A stretch of DNA of 64,000 bases from positions 864,001 through 928,000 of the forward strand of contig CAWGZR010000005.1 of NCBI GenBank assembly GCA_963827165.1. Direction: 5' to 3'. Source of the DNA: Candidatus Bathyarchaeota archaeon (GTDB lineage Archaea > Thermoproteota > Bathyarchaeia > Bathyarchaeales > Bathycorpusculaceae). The notes under the pieces were generated by a model. The model saw only the letters and a program-made list of their open reading frames with translations. It was not told where the DNA came from and ran no database searches. The translations under genes were made by a program, and so were the position numbers. Positions 51,790-63,037 of the stretch are shown one piece after another; position 1 is the first letter of the stretch; each line of letters opens with the position of its first letter.

Positions 51790-53367
51790 TTATGTGGATG
51801 GCGTCATCGTGTGGCGGTGATTGCTCCTTTGAAGCGCCTTTTTTATGGCATCAACCAATGGTTTGTAACGGATCGTGTCCATGGGTTCATTGGAAAGTTC
51901 ATTCGCCACTGAAACGTACCAATCCCTTAATGTGCCTTTTCCGAAAGCCGTTTCAACTAAAACACCCTTTAAATCCTCTGCATCCAGAGAACTTTCGTGT
52001 CCGCTACGATGTTCTCTTAAGATGGGCCGCATTTTCGCTTCTTCAACTATACTTTCTATGTCGGACGCGGAGCAACCCTCAGTTTCTTCCGCTAAACTTC
52101 CGAAATCAACTTTGCTGACTACGCAATTCCCAATGTAATATTTGAAAAGTTGCCGTCTATCCTCGCAAGAAGGAGCCGGAATGTAGATGCATTCACCGAA
52201 CCTTCCGCTCCGCTTTAAGGCAGCATCGATATCCCATGGCCTGTTTGAAGCCGCGATAACAACCAAGCCTTCCGGGTTCTTAAGGGCACCGTCCAGCTCC
52301 ATAAGCAGTTGATTAACAGCCCTATGTGCTCCGCTGTCATGGGTAACTAAACCTCGGTTTACTCCAAGAGCGTCAAGTTCGTCGAGGAAGACAATGCAGG
52401 ATCCATTGCCTTTAAGATTCGTTCGGGCATTCTCGAAAATCTGATGCATTTTCTTTTCTGTTTCCCCTTGCCACATATCCATAATCTCATGAAGATTCGC
52501 TAAAACCAACGATGAACCTGTTTCGCCAGCCAATGCTCTCGCTAACAGTGTCTTTCCACAGCCAGGCGGACCATAAAGAAGAATTGCGAAACTTCTTTTT
52601 TTATTGTATTTCGTAAATAAATCGGGCCTCTTCAATGGAAGTACAATGTTATTCCAAAGTTTCTCCTTTACATTTTCCAGACCTTGGACATCTGAGAGTC
52701 TGATTATATTTTTGCGCTTTTCATTTTTTTGAGTAAAAGCCTCTTTTTCCGTTGATTCAAAACGATGAGCCAAAAATTTTTCAGCCTCCTCCAAATCGGC
52801 GAGGCTCCGCGGGTTCATTTTGGCGTCTTCCACTTCTTTTTCAGTTACGCTACTTTCCTGCTGCTTCAATGCTCTTTCTAAAGTTTGTTTCACGTTTTCT
52901 GCACCTTCCTGTTCGTTTAAGAAAGGGTCGAAGGTTTCTCGGAGAGATTTTCCAAGGTCTTGGAATTCAAACATTGCCTCAAAAAACTCCCCGCTTTCCG
53001 GGATGGCTTGACGAATTGAGGACGTGTCAGTTTGTTGATTTTTGTTTTCTAAAATATTTTGTTTATACAGGTAAGCTTCTTTCAGGAACCTTTGAAGTAA
53101 AACTGAGCTTAAATCATTAAGGCAGCTCTCAGTGTTTTTGAGTAAGCCGTGGGTCAGTCCTCGTTTGAAAAGAACATTCTCGTTTGATGGTTCCAGTCTT
53201 AAGCATTCGCTATATGCATCCAATGCTTCTTCGTAACGAAGTGAATCGAAGAGTTTCTCTGCCCAAGCAAAGAAGTTTCCCGCGGAAGGCGGCGGAAGAG
53301 CAGGACAAAACTTGCCTGGGCTAAGCTGGAATGCAGAAGCGCTGGGTTTCGGGTTTAATTCATTCAT
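51790..53367 (-). CDS. AAA+ ATPase with N-terminal TPR repeats
   Basis: YGPPGCGKT, MWQGETEK, FLDELD, VNQLLMELDG and ASNRPWDIDAALKRSGRF motifs; N-terminal YEEALDAYSECLRLEP. Confidence 0.9.
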   Translation of the reverse strand: MNELNPKPSASAFQLSPGKFCPALPPPSAGNFFAWAEKLFDSLRYEEALDAYSECLRLEPSNENVLFKRGLTHGLLKNTESCLNDLSSVLLQRFLKEAYLYKQNILENKNQQTDTSSIRQAIPESGEFFEAMFEFQDLGKSLRETFDPFLNEQEGAENVKQTLERALKQQESSVTEKEVEDAKMNPRSLADLEEAEKFLAHRFESTEKEAFTQKNEKRKNIIRLSDVQGLENVKEKLWNNIVLPLKRPDLFTKYNKKRSFAILLYGPPGCGKTLLARALAGETGSSLVLANLHEIMDMWQGETEKKMHQIFENARTNLKGNGSCIVFLDELDALGVNRGLVTHDSGAHRAVNQLLMELDGALKNPEGLVVIAASNRPWDIDAALKRSGRFGECIYIPAPSCEDRRQLFKYYIGNCVVSKVDFGSLAEETEGCSASDIESIVEEAKMRPILREHRSGHESSLDAEDLKGVLVETAFGKGTLRDWYVSVANELSNEPMDTIRYKPLVDAIKKALQRSNHRHTMTPST

Positions 53368-53786
53368 GTTCTAACCTCGTAGCACCCTAACGTAATCTTC
53401 TTCACCCATTCTTGAAGATAACCTAAAAGATGCAAAGGTTTTGTCGACTCCGGGGGACTTAACCCTTGACAGCGAATTCTATTTAAAACTAATTACCTGA
53501 AAAATGCCCATTCACAGCTCAATATTAGCACGGATTGAATTAAGACTGCAACAAAAGACTCAAACTTCCTTTTAGCCAACAAACTTCTCCATTCCAGAAT
53601 ACTCTTTTTCTTTTTACAGTTTATTAGTTGGCTTCGCTGAATAGGTATTTTGAGTTCAAATTATAGGCTGCAATAAACAAGAACACGATTTCGAAGTAAT
53701 TGAAACTGAAGAACCGCAAATTCAATTGCGAATTCAGCGTGAATTATGGAAACCGCTGTTTTATAATTCCAAGTCTATTGATGGGT

Positions 53787-54243
53787 TCAACGATTGAGAA
53801 GCAGATTTCTTCTGAGTGTACCTGTCAATATTGAGAACGCGATCAAAGCTGCTAGCAGCGAAAAACTGTAAATGGCTAAATGCTGAATAACTGAAACAGC
53901 CGCTATGGCTATAGGAACAGCACTTAGCAAGAGGTACACGAATGGGAATAGTTTGAGTGCTTTCCTGTTTATGTTTAGGTTGTCTATCGTATGTTTTTGT
54001 GAAGAATAATTCGGGCAGTTTTCCCATTCCAATCGTGCATGTCTTGCAGAAGAAGCAGGATACGCAGCCTTTTTTGCCTAACTCGTAAAAAACCAGAAAA
54101 CCCGCAAAAGCCAGAAAGATGATTGCGCCAAACGAAAAAATCAACCAGCAAGCAGCTGTTCCCAACAGTATCCACACTAATATTGCAAAGTTACCGAAAA
54201 CTAACTCGGTTTTTGTGTATTCCCGTTTTTTTCTTTGACACAT
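53787..54243 (-). CDS. four-TM membrane protein with a CxxCxxCxxC motif, frameshift at about 53985; in frame with the upstream GMC gene
   Basis: [18 protein letters not shown] between TM pairs; C-terminus lies in the 53787..54032 frame. Confidence 0.65.
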
Positions 54244-55554
54244 ATCCAATTTCCTGTTGCCTGTTTTCTCTTCCACGATCTTTTTTGTGACTTTCAACGC
54301 TAAAGCTGCTGCCGTAAGCATAGTCGGCAAGCCTTGGGAACGCGGCATAAGTGAGAGGTCAGCAACCCACAGGTTTTTCGGCAGCCCAGCGGGATGCATA
54401 GTTTCTACATCGGTTTTTGTTAGCGGTACTGTGCCTCCGAGGTGGCCGCCATGAATCATGCCGTCGACGAATGGACCAGTGACGCCTGAGGCTTCCATGA
54501 TTTCTTTGGCTTTCATTTTGGCTTCGTCTAAACGTTCCTTATCAACTTCGGTAAGCGACTTGGTGACAGTTCCATCCGCAGCGACAGAGCCTTGTTCGCT
54601 GTCTGCAAGTTTAATCATCATGCCTACTCGGTTCTCTGCTGGCACGTCTTTCCAGGGTTTATGGAACCAGTAGGACAATAGGTCAAAGTAGGGTGACAGG
54701 ATGTAGTTTTCCTTCTTTGATAAACCACACCATAGGCGGCTCATTCAGCATCCGCGAATTCTTGGAGATCCCTCCCACAGTCAAAACAACGTCTATCCAA
54801 AGATTGTCATGAACAGGCAGGTCGGATCCACGCAGAATTTGAGCGGTTCCAATCCCTCCCGCCGATAAAACGACTACGTCAGCGTCAAATCGCTCAAGCG
54901 AAGACCCATGCGAAACCAAAACTCCAACCGCAGACCCATTTTCCACAACCACCTTCTTAACAGGCGATTCCTGTTTTCAAAGAGACGCCTTCGCCAAGAT
55001 ATTCCTTGTATAATTGACGGCTATCCCATTTTGCCCCTGTAACACATCCCAGCTCGCAGTAACCGCAGCCGACGCATTTCTTCAAATCAACAGCTTTCGG
55101 GGTAGGCTTGGGCTTATATCCCAGTTTTTCGGCTTCATCAAACATTTTTTGGCTCAGAGGACGCCATTTTTCTCTTGGGATAGGATTGATTGTTAAGTTT
55201 TTTTCTATTTCTTGGTATTCTGGCGTTAAGTCAAGTCCGATTTCTGCCAATCCGTTTTCAGCCCTGACCATGTTGCCGCAGGATATCGAGGTGCATCCGC
55301 CCTCTGTGACTCCATAGAAAATTGCGAGGTCTTCGCTTGAACGGGTGGTTTTGTAATGCGAAAATACATGTTTTAGTGAGCCTTCATCTTTAAGCAGCAG
55401 GGTGCCTCGAAGTGGGCTTAGCCACGTAATCCTGTGACTGAGTGGATTGAACCTTTGCCCAGCCTTCCAACATTAAAACTTCGAAACCTTTGCTTGCAAG
55501 CTCGCGAGCGGCTGTTGCTCCTCCCGCTCCTGTTCCAACTACAATTGCTTTCAT
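54244..55554 (-). CDS. GMC family FAD oxidoreductase, split by about three indels
   Basis: [59 protein letters not shown] and [10 protein letters not shown] motifs; no stop seen before the next gene. Confidence 0.85.
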
Positions 55555-56171
55555 TCTTGACGGCTCCTTTCTATTTTTGCGGTGCAGAACTTGCAGCCGC
55601 CTGTTATTCTTTGTTCAAACTTCATGTGCATGTTGGGGTTTAATCCGTTTACTACCCCTTCGTCAGTCGCACTTAAAACTTCGCAGGTTAACTCTGAATA
55701 GTTCCTCGCCAACGCGCAACGGTTAACAGTGAGTTTAGCTTGTTCTGGTCCTAGCCATTCAACTTTGAAGTTGATGCCTAAGACACGGTACATTATTCGG
55801 GCTGCCCTGACCAAATCGCCCTTGCTATCCCCTACGCCCAGCCTAACCCGATTTTGCCTTCCCAACTGCTCACCAACCTTAAACAAAGCTTCTCTTCCCA
55901 CCTTTACCGCGGTCTCCCGCCCCAAAGCCTCCACCAACGCATCAACCATAATGGTGTGCTGCCTCGCCATAGCTGCCCTTTTCCCACATATGGCTCCGAG
56001 TGATTTTCCATCGTCGACCGCTACTCTGACTGAACTGATTGAAGCATGGGCAAAAAGCACATCTTCAAGTGCCTTTGTGGTTGCAGCTGAGACCGCATCA
56101 AGTTGGCGGCTAATAATGAATTTCGGCGTCCACCACGACAAGAGCGCAAGTTTCAAACCCATCATAATCAC
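55551..56171 (-). CDS. V4R/ATC-hydrolase-like protein
   Basis: VNRCAL....[19 protein letters not shown].......I..G...C pattern; GTGA and ATGA overlaps with its neighbours. Confidence 0.72.
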   Translation of the reverse strand: MIMMGLKLALLSWWTPKFIISRQLDAVSAATTKALEDVLFAHASISSVRVAVDDGKSLGAICGKRAAMARQHTIMVDALVEALGRETAVKVGREALFKVGEQLGRQNRVRLGVGDSKGDLVRAARIMYRVLGINFKVEWLGPEQAKLTVNRCALARNYSELTCEVLSATDEGVVNGLNPNMHMKFEQRITGGCKFCTAKIERSRQE

Positions 56172-58961
56172 TCCGGTTTGCCTGCTCCGCCTAAGTGGAT
56201 GTCTCCTTGAGGAATTGTGCCTCCGTACAATGCATCGATGACGATCTGGTAACGTTGACTCAAAACATTGTGTTTCAACTTAAGATTCGGGGTTAAGTCT
56301 CCAGCCTCTATGCTCAAAGTGTTGGCAAGCAACGCCCATTTTTTGATTTTTTCTGGGTTTGACAGTCGCTTATTCATTTCTTCTATGGCGCGGTCAATTG
56401 TCTCGCAGGTATTTTTCGTTCCAGCGGTCTTTTTGCACCCAAATCAAGGCGCTACAGTAAGGCTTAGATTCGCCTAAAAGCATCGCTTCTGCAACGCCGC
56501 TTATTTCCCGAATCATGTCTTCTATTTTGCATGAGTAAATGCATTTGCCATAGGAAGTTTTGATAAGTTCCTTTTTCCTGCCAAGGATAACTAGGCTTCC
56601 CTCAGGGGTGAGGTTTCCCATGTCTCCCGTCATTAACCATCCGTCCTTAAACGGAGGATCAAGGGTTTTATCAAAATATCCGGCGGTGACTTGGGGTCCT
56701 TTAACTTTTATTTCGCCATCTTCACAGATCTGAACTTGGGTCTGCGGCAAGGGTTCTCCAACAGTGCCTAACCTGTTTTTGCCAACTCGATTAATGGTTA
56801 CCAACGGAGCCTCAGTCAGGCCATAGGCGTTGTGAATTTCGATTCCTAAGTCTCGGAAGTTCTCAAGCAAATCTTCATCCGAACTCGCTGAACCCGCGAT
56901 GAGCTGCGTACACTTGTCCAACCCAGCCCTCTTAAGCGTTGCATTCCTCACGAAACGACTAATCAAATGCTTAAGCGGTCCTTTTCTGTGACTTAGATAA
57001 AATCTTCCCACGCTGCTGTTCCCCAGACCTTCCCAGATTTTTTCGTAAATCCGTGGAACAGAGAAGAAGATTGTTGGTTTCACTTTGGGGATTGCATGTT
57101 GGAGTTTATGGAAGTCTTCCAGGAAACAAATTGTAAGAGGCGCGGGATAGTAGTAGGGTGAGTATGTGGCCAAAATCCCTTCAACTACGTGTCCCATTGG
57201 GAGAAATGACAGGTAAGTTCCTTTTCGGGTTCTGAATTTCCATGGCGTAATGGAAACAATGGATTCAGCCATGAAGCGTAGATTGTCTTGCCTAAAGATT
57301 GCGCCTTTAGGTTTTCCCGTCGTGCCTGAGGAATACCGCAGCGTGGCTACGTCGCCGAACCCAACGGGTGCATTTTGAGGCGGTGCATTTGATGAAGCTT
57401 TAGATAGGAAATCCTTCCAAGGAATCACTTTGCTGTTTTGAGGATTGGGACCTCGGCAAAAAGAAATTAACTGGGTATCAGCTGTCAATTCTCCCACTCT
57501 TTGCAGCAGGCTGGGCACGCCGATGAAGAAAAGTTTGCTTCCACTTGCCTTCAAAACTTGGTCTATGTCAGATGGAGGAGTAGTGTAGTACAGGGGGACG
57601 CTTATGGCGCCTACTAGACCGATAGCTACGTCTACGGCGAGATAATTTGTAGAGTTAAGGCCTGTTATAGCTATGCGGTCACTAACTGAGACATCCATAG
57701 CTCGCAGCGCAGCGGCGGCGGACAAAATTTCTTCTCGCATTTGAGCAGCAGTTTTCTCAACAAGCCTGTCCTCGATAATGTCGTAGTAGGTTACTGGCAG
57801 GCTTTTGCTCTCCAGCCTGTACAGCACCTGCTCATGCACAGTGCGTTCTGAACGGTGAAGAAATCCATGGTAAACGGCGTATTCGAGAAGCCGAGGCAAA
57901 ACCTTCTGCCAATTCAACTCGTAAGTTCCAAGCAACTCATCCATGTTGCTTCGTTGGAACAGGCGGTTCTCGCTAAAATACGGCGCCAACGAAATCAATG
58001 CATCCGCTGTTTTGCGGTCACTTAGCCCGATTACCTCTTGTAAGTGCACCAAGTTTTTCATTGACGATACAGACATGCCAACCGTAAAGAACCTCGGCAG
58101 CTTAACACCCAAATTTGTCTCTGCCCATTTCTCAACGAACCTAAGCATTTCTCCAAGTTTAGGCAGGGATTCGCCGGGGGCGACAAGGTGAAAGTTAAGT
58201 CCTTTAGCTTTCGGATGGAAGGTGAGTTTAACCACTGAGGCGGCAACGTAGTCTACGGGGACGATATTGATTTTTAAGTTTCGGCTGACTGGGAGGATTC
58301 GAAGTTTACCCGTCAGGTAAAGCCGCAGGGGAAAGTAGATTGTGTTGAATGTTTTGATGGCTCCCGTTTGAGAATCGCCCACAACCATGGCCGGTCGAAA
58401 AACTGAGATTGGGAGCTCTTTTTTTGCTTCTTGTACAAGCAGTTCCCCTTCGTATTTGCTCTGCTCGTAAGCTGTGAAAAAACCAAATTTGTCTGTTAAC
58501 GCGTCTTCGCGTACCGTTCCCGTTCTTCCGCCTGCCACGTACGCGGTGGAAATGTGGGAAAATCGCATAAGCCCATGATCCACATTTGCTTTTCTTGCAA
58601 GCTCAAGGACATTTTGGGTTCCTTGAACGTTTGTTTTTCTTAGCTCTTCGAGCGAAACAAGACGCCAGTCAGCAGCTGTATGAATGATATGGGTTATTCG
58701 TTTGGCTAAATCGCTGTAGGCTTTCTCATTTAACCCTAAATTACGCTGACAAACGTCGCCGCAGACCACTTCAACTTTGCCTTTTAACGCTCCGATAAGT
58801 TCAGGCCAGTCCCACCACTCTCTCGCCAGTCTGCGTTCCGAATTATCGGCGTCGGCTGCTCTGACTAAAGCGAGAACGGTGACATCGTCATCTAGGAGTT
58901 TGCGGGCTATTTGCGTGCCGATAAAACCCGTTGCGCCAGTTAACAAAACCGTTGTTTTCAA
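56168..58961 (-). CDS. fusion of an extended-SDR fatty-acyl/thioester reductase (N) and a long-chain acyl-CoA synthetase (C), with a frameshift at about 56400
   Basis: TGATGFIG, HTAA, STAYV, YEQSK and PVDYVA; then YSSGTTGKPKG, SFLPMGH, AYGLTE, TGDMG, GRKKELI and LTPNLKLK. Confidence 0.88.
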
Positions 58962-60184
58962 TGCAGCCACTCCGGATGATTCTTTTCCAAAAACTCTTTG
59001 AGAAGCAACGGATTGAGTTTTTCTTTTTCTCTATACGCTTCATAGCCTTCCCGCAATTTTGCCTTCATAGATTTGGTTTCAGAAAAAAGTTTTGAAACAT
59101 TATCGCTCAAAAGTTTGTATCTGTCTGGGTCTTCGTGGTCCACAAATAAATCGCTGATTCCTAAGTCGCCATAAAAGTCTTTTATTCTTAAGTCGTGACC
59201 GATCGCTGTCTGTGGAACTTGATTAGCTAAGGAAAGGACCCCTGCGTGATAACGTGAGGTAACCAAAGCATCTAAACTCCGCAGTATGCTTGTCATCTGG
59301 GAAGCGTTATACTGTGACGAAGTGAAAACCTTAGTTCTATCTGCATGCTTCATCAGGCTTTGAACTTTGTTAGCGAAGGTTGCGTCGAGGCCTTCCATGC
59401 TGAGCAAAGCAACAGATTTATCATAATCCTCAATAATTTCATCAGCTTGCACAGCTAAAACGTCGGCAAGCAACTCGCTCTTATTGCAGCTCGACTTTGA
59501 ATGCGTGTAATAGTAGGGCCATCGGTAACAGTATTTTCTTGGACCCCACGGGCGAACAACAACAGGCCATTTATAGATGTCTTCCGCGGCTACACCCACA
59601 ACATGCGACTCTTCAGGCCAAATACGCTTCAATGTACCCTCGTCTTCAGGGTTAGGATTAAAAGCAAACGCGTTGTCCGCCGTCACTTCGATTGGCGCGG
59701 TTACTTTCCATTTTTTAAGGCGTTCAGCGGCTTTTTGGGTTCGCGCTAATATAAGGTTGGTTTTGCTGGCTTCTCTGTGTATTAGCCAGCTATTGAACCG
59801 TGAAGCTTCGCCAGCATCCACTGAATAAGCCACGCAGGGTTTTCTCATTGAATGGGCGTTTCTTGTGGCCAACAAATAATACCACAGCAATGCAGAACCC
59901 CATGTGTCCATGTAGCAGCTTCCCTCAACGATCAAAACGAAATCGGTTTTTTTCACGAACTTTCGGATATCCCAAAAGAAAACAGATGGTCTGACGGGTT
60001 CGATTTGAAGGGTTGGGGTTTCTTTGAGGTACCTGCGCAAATTATCTTCATTCAAGGACGGCACAAGGAGTTTGGCTTCCGGACCCATAACTGAGCGTAC
60101 TTCATCGATTATACTGAGGAGCTTTGCTTCAGCTCCCGTGTTGTTTGCCCCGTTGTAGCCAACGAGCAAAATCCTTGGCTTCAC
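58958..60184 (-). CDS. polysaccharide pyruvyl transferase family protein (CsaB/WcaK-like)
   Basis: LLVGYNGANNTGAEA, TADNAF and TSRYHAGV motifs. Confidence 0.8.
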   Translation of the reverse strand: MKPRILLVGYNGANNTGAEAKLLSIIDEVRSVMGPEAKLLVPSLNEDNLRRYLKETPTLQIEPVRPSVFFWDIRKFVKKTDFVLIVEGSCYMDTWGSALLWYYLLATRNAHSMRKPCVAYSVDAGEASRFNSWLIHREASKTNLILARTQKAAERLKKWKVTAPIEVTADNAFAFNPNPEDEGTLKRIWPEESHVVGVAAEDIYKWPVVVRPWGPRKYCYRWPYYYTHSKSSCNKSELLADVLAVQADEIIEDYDKSVALLSMEGLDATFANKVQSLMKHADRTKVFTSSQYNASQMTSILRSLDALVTSRYHAGVLSLANQVPQTAIGHDLRIKDFYGDLGISDLFVDHEDPDRYKLLSDNVSKLFSETKSMKAKLREGYEAYREKEKLNPLLLKEFLEKNHPEWLH

Positions 60185-60186
60185 AT

Positions 60187-60753
60187 CTAACACCCATACT
60201 CTTTGGCTTTTTGCGCCAGGTTCCTGGCCCAACTTCGAATTTCATCCCAATTGCGAAGATCATTAACGCCGGGCTCAACTTCTTTGAACCCGCCATTTTG
60301 AAGCTGCGACTTATAACCTACTTCCATAACTTTCCGCGTAAGAAAGCTCATTCTGTTATAATCTAAGACTCCGCCGAAGAACCCAATCGAAATAGGGCTC
60401 AAATGATATTTTAAGATTTTGTCCTCCAAGCCAACTCTCTGAGTTCTAGCGACCGCACCAGTTTTTCTCGCTTTCTTCTCAATTGGTTTCAAGGACGAAA
60501 TAAACAGGGCTACCCTCTTGTTTTCAAGATCTTTCTGGAATTTTTTCACAAAATCTGCTTGGCCGACCCAATTCTCCATCGCCATGCCGCTTCCGACAAC
60601 GACCAACTCGTAGTCGGCGATATCCTTTACGTTTTTATCTTTCGCATTCACAATTTTCACTTTGGCGCCCTCTTCTTGAAGAATTATAGCGATTTCATCG
60701 GCTGTTCTTTTTGTTGCGCCATAGCGTGTAGCGTAAATGATCAACGCGTTCAA
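60187..60753 (-). CDS. flavodoxin-domain protein (HemG-like)
   Basis: IIYATRYGATK..A..I, YELVVVGSG, FFGG and DLRNWDEIRSWA motifs. Confidence 0.85.
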   Translation of the reverse strand: MNALIIYATRYGATKRTADEIAIILQEEGAKVKIVNAKDKNVKDIADYELVVVGSGMAMENWVGQADFVKKFQKDLENKRVALFISSLKPIEKKARKTGAVARTQRVGLEDKILKYHLSPISIGFFGGVLDYNRMSFLTRKVMEVGYKSQLQNGGFKEVEPGVNDLRNWDEIRSWARNLAQKAKEYGC

Positions 60754-60977
60754 GGTTTTTCCTCCGAAGTGCCAATTTCGTTTTTTCTAACGTTTAGCCT
60801 CAGAACCCCGCAATCGCCTTTTATTTCGAGTATCTCTGGTTCAACAAATGAAGCGTTTAGCAGTTTTCCCAGAGTGCCTTCTATTAGGATACCGCCGTTC
60901 GATGAGAACCGTGTGAGATTTTTGCTGGAAATTAATTCCACCGAGAAGTCCCGTCCACCTTTATCTATTGCAGTCAT
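60750..60977 (-). CDS. small hypothetical beta-rich protein
   Basis: FSVELISSK...LIEGTLG...ILEIKGDCGVLRL; TTGA overlap with the flavodoxin start. Confidence 0.62.
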   Translation of the reverse strand: MTAIDKGGRDFSVELISSKNLTRFSSNGGILIEGTLGKLLNASFVEPEILEIKGDCGVLRLNVRKNEIGTSEEKP

Positions 60978-61331
60978 TCTTTTACCGAATCCTAATGTGG
61001 TAAAATGTGGAGATAAAATTTATTTGTCATTAACACGAATTAATTAGCATTGAACCAAAATAATTCGCATCAATTATTTGTTAAATGTTAGCTATACTGG
61101 GGATAATGAAGTGCGCGTGAATGCTAAAGGCACTGGGGCTTAATTGGAAGCAAGTATATCCAAAGAATCGTCGTCGCACTCGTGATTAACGAAAAAGAAG
61201 CTACTGTATTTTTCCGTGGGGATAATGGGTCTGAGCATTTCTATTTGAATCCGATAAAAATAAGAACCTGACTACCAATAAATTAAGTGCGTATTATTCA
61301 ATCGCTGAAATTCTGCAGAGGTGATTTTGAA

Positions 61332-61661
61332 TTGAAGAAATTTATGGTTTTATACATGGCGCCGGTATCCGCCGAAGTGCAAATGAACGTGAGTCCTGAA
61401 GAGATGAAGAAAGGAATGGAGCCATGGAATGTATGGTACAAGAAATGTGAGAAAGCCATCGTTGATTTTGGAGCGCCGTTAGGTAAAGGCACGTGTTTTA
61501 GCAAAAAAGGAAGTTCGAAAGGACCGACAGAAGTAACTGGGTACAGTATTATTCAGGCCAAAGACATGGATGCCGTAAAAGCAATTGTTGCCGATCACCC
61601 ACATTTAATGATGCCTAAAGCAAGCATAGAAGTCCTAGAAATAATGCCGATGACAATGTAG
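61332..61661 (+). CDS. YCII-related (dimeric alpha-beta barrel) protein
   Basis: GAGGTGA RBS before TTG 61332; KKFMVLY, DFGAPL, TGYSIIQA and HPHL...IEV motifs. Confidence 0.78.
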   Translation: MKKFMVLYMAPVSAEVQMNVSPEEMKKGMEPWNVWYKKCEKAIVDFGAPLGKGTCFSKKGSSKGPTEVTGYSIIQAKDMDAVKAIVADHPHLMMPKASIEVLEIMPMTM

Positions 61662-61975
61662 AAAAAAACCGAAAAACAACATTTAACTTTTTTCTCTCTT
61701 CAAGGCAAGAAAGCATAAGAAAATATTTCAGCGGAAAAAAACGACGCGTCCTTTGAGTCCGCCTGATGTATGAAAACCCGCAGCAACTAATCAAGCAAAG
61801 TTCTTTTCGGTTATTGCGGTTTTCTCAATTGCAGTCGTGATAGCGCTTTAGCAATTGCCTGGACCCAAAGAAAACAGAGAAATGCAAAGCCTTTGCAACA
61901 TTTTTGTGACTTCAAATCGACAATCACACATTATTAATAACTTGGTGGAGTTTTTTTAGGGTTGGATGTGATTTT

Positions 61976-62608
61976 TTGTCTGGGTCACTCGAAATAGTGT
62001 TTTCGTTGCATAAAGCGTTTCGCCGCGATGCTTTTCAAATTGATAGTACCGCTTTCAAAATAGCCCGCGACGGCGGGGATTTAACTTTGGTTTTGGATAG
62101 GCTTCGGTTGATGGGTGAGATTTTGGATTATCATGCCAAGGGTGAGGAGGCGGCGGTTTTTCCAGCAGTTGACAATGTGGCGCCTCTTGTAGCACAATCT
62201 TATTTGTTTGACCATCGAGAACTCGATATCATGGTTAATGGATTGGAAGCAATGAGAAAGGCACTTGACCCACTTACCGTGGCACGGGCGACGGCAGTTC
62301 TGAATTCGCATTTACGGATTCATTTAGATAAGGAAGACGCTTATCTTTACCCGATTCTCAAAGAGCGAACAACCGAATCTGAACAATCCTCCATTGTCAG
62401 CGTAATGTCACAAAAAGTGCCCTCCGACAAATTCCCCACCCTAGTTAAATGGCTTTTTCCCTTGCTTGACTTCCAAGATCAAGTCGCAGTTACAAAAGGT
62501 TGGATGACAAGGATGCCTCCGCAGGTTTTTGCGAACCTCAAGCCATTAATAAAAAAGAGCGTTCCCGAGAACTGGGTCGAATTAACTCGACAAATCCCGG
62601 GCCTATAA
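61976..62608 (+). CDS. hemerythrin/HHE cation-binding domain protein
   Basis: HKAFRRD, HAKGEE..VFP, DHRE and HLDKED..LYP motifs. Confidence 0.85.
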   Translation: MSGSLEIVFSLHKAFRRDAFQIDSTAFKIARDGGDLTLVLDRLRLMGEILDYHAKGEEAAVFPAVDNVAPLVAQSYLFDHRELDIMVNGLEAMRKALDPLTVARATAVLNSHLRIHLDKEDAYLYPILKERTTESEQSSIVSVMSQKVPSDKFPTLVKWLFPLLDFQDQVAVTKGWMTRMPPQVFANLKPLIKKSVPENWVELTRQIPGL

Positions 62609-62999
62609 GACAACCAAATTCAGCCGAGTTACCATTTCTCTCAATGTTAGCTGAACTATACAATAGACTGCTCATTTCCATCATAATTGTAATTTAAATT
62701 CACTATTAGAAAACGGCCAAAAAATAATTTATAATTTAGAAAACCCTTTTTTAACCAAATAAAACAAAATTCAATCGTTTTAATTCGCTTTTTGAGGAAC
62801 TGCTTAAAGCGTGTGCTTTCTTAATTCAAGTTTTTTTGAGAGGCGGCTAAAGTTAGCAGATCAGTGCTTAATAACTTGCAAAAACATAAAATAATTTCTT
62901 CGTAATTACCAATTTTGCATTTTTTGTTGTTTGACTATTTTAGAGAAAGCGCTAACTTTGACAAATCCTAAATACTACTAGTTACAAACGCTTAAACCG

Positions 63000-63019
63000 C
63001 TCAAGATAAAAATCTTGAG
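63000..63019. promoter_or_regulatory. perfect inverted repeat CTCAAGAT-AAAA-ATCTTGAG just before the RBS
   Basis: 8-bp arms ending a few bases upstream of AAGGAG. Confidence 0.5.
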
Positions 63020-63037
63020 AATAAGGAGAAACTAAAA

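Noticed and set aside
46300-56410. Programmed frameshifting or phase variation in the glutaminyl cyclase, TPR, GMC and reductase-ligase genes
   Set aside because: Single-base indels are scattered over unrelated genes, including carA, with no shared slippery motif; best explained as consensus errors
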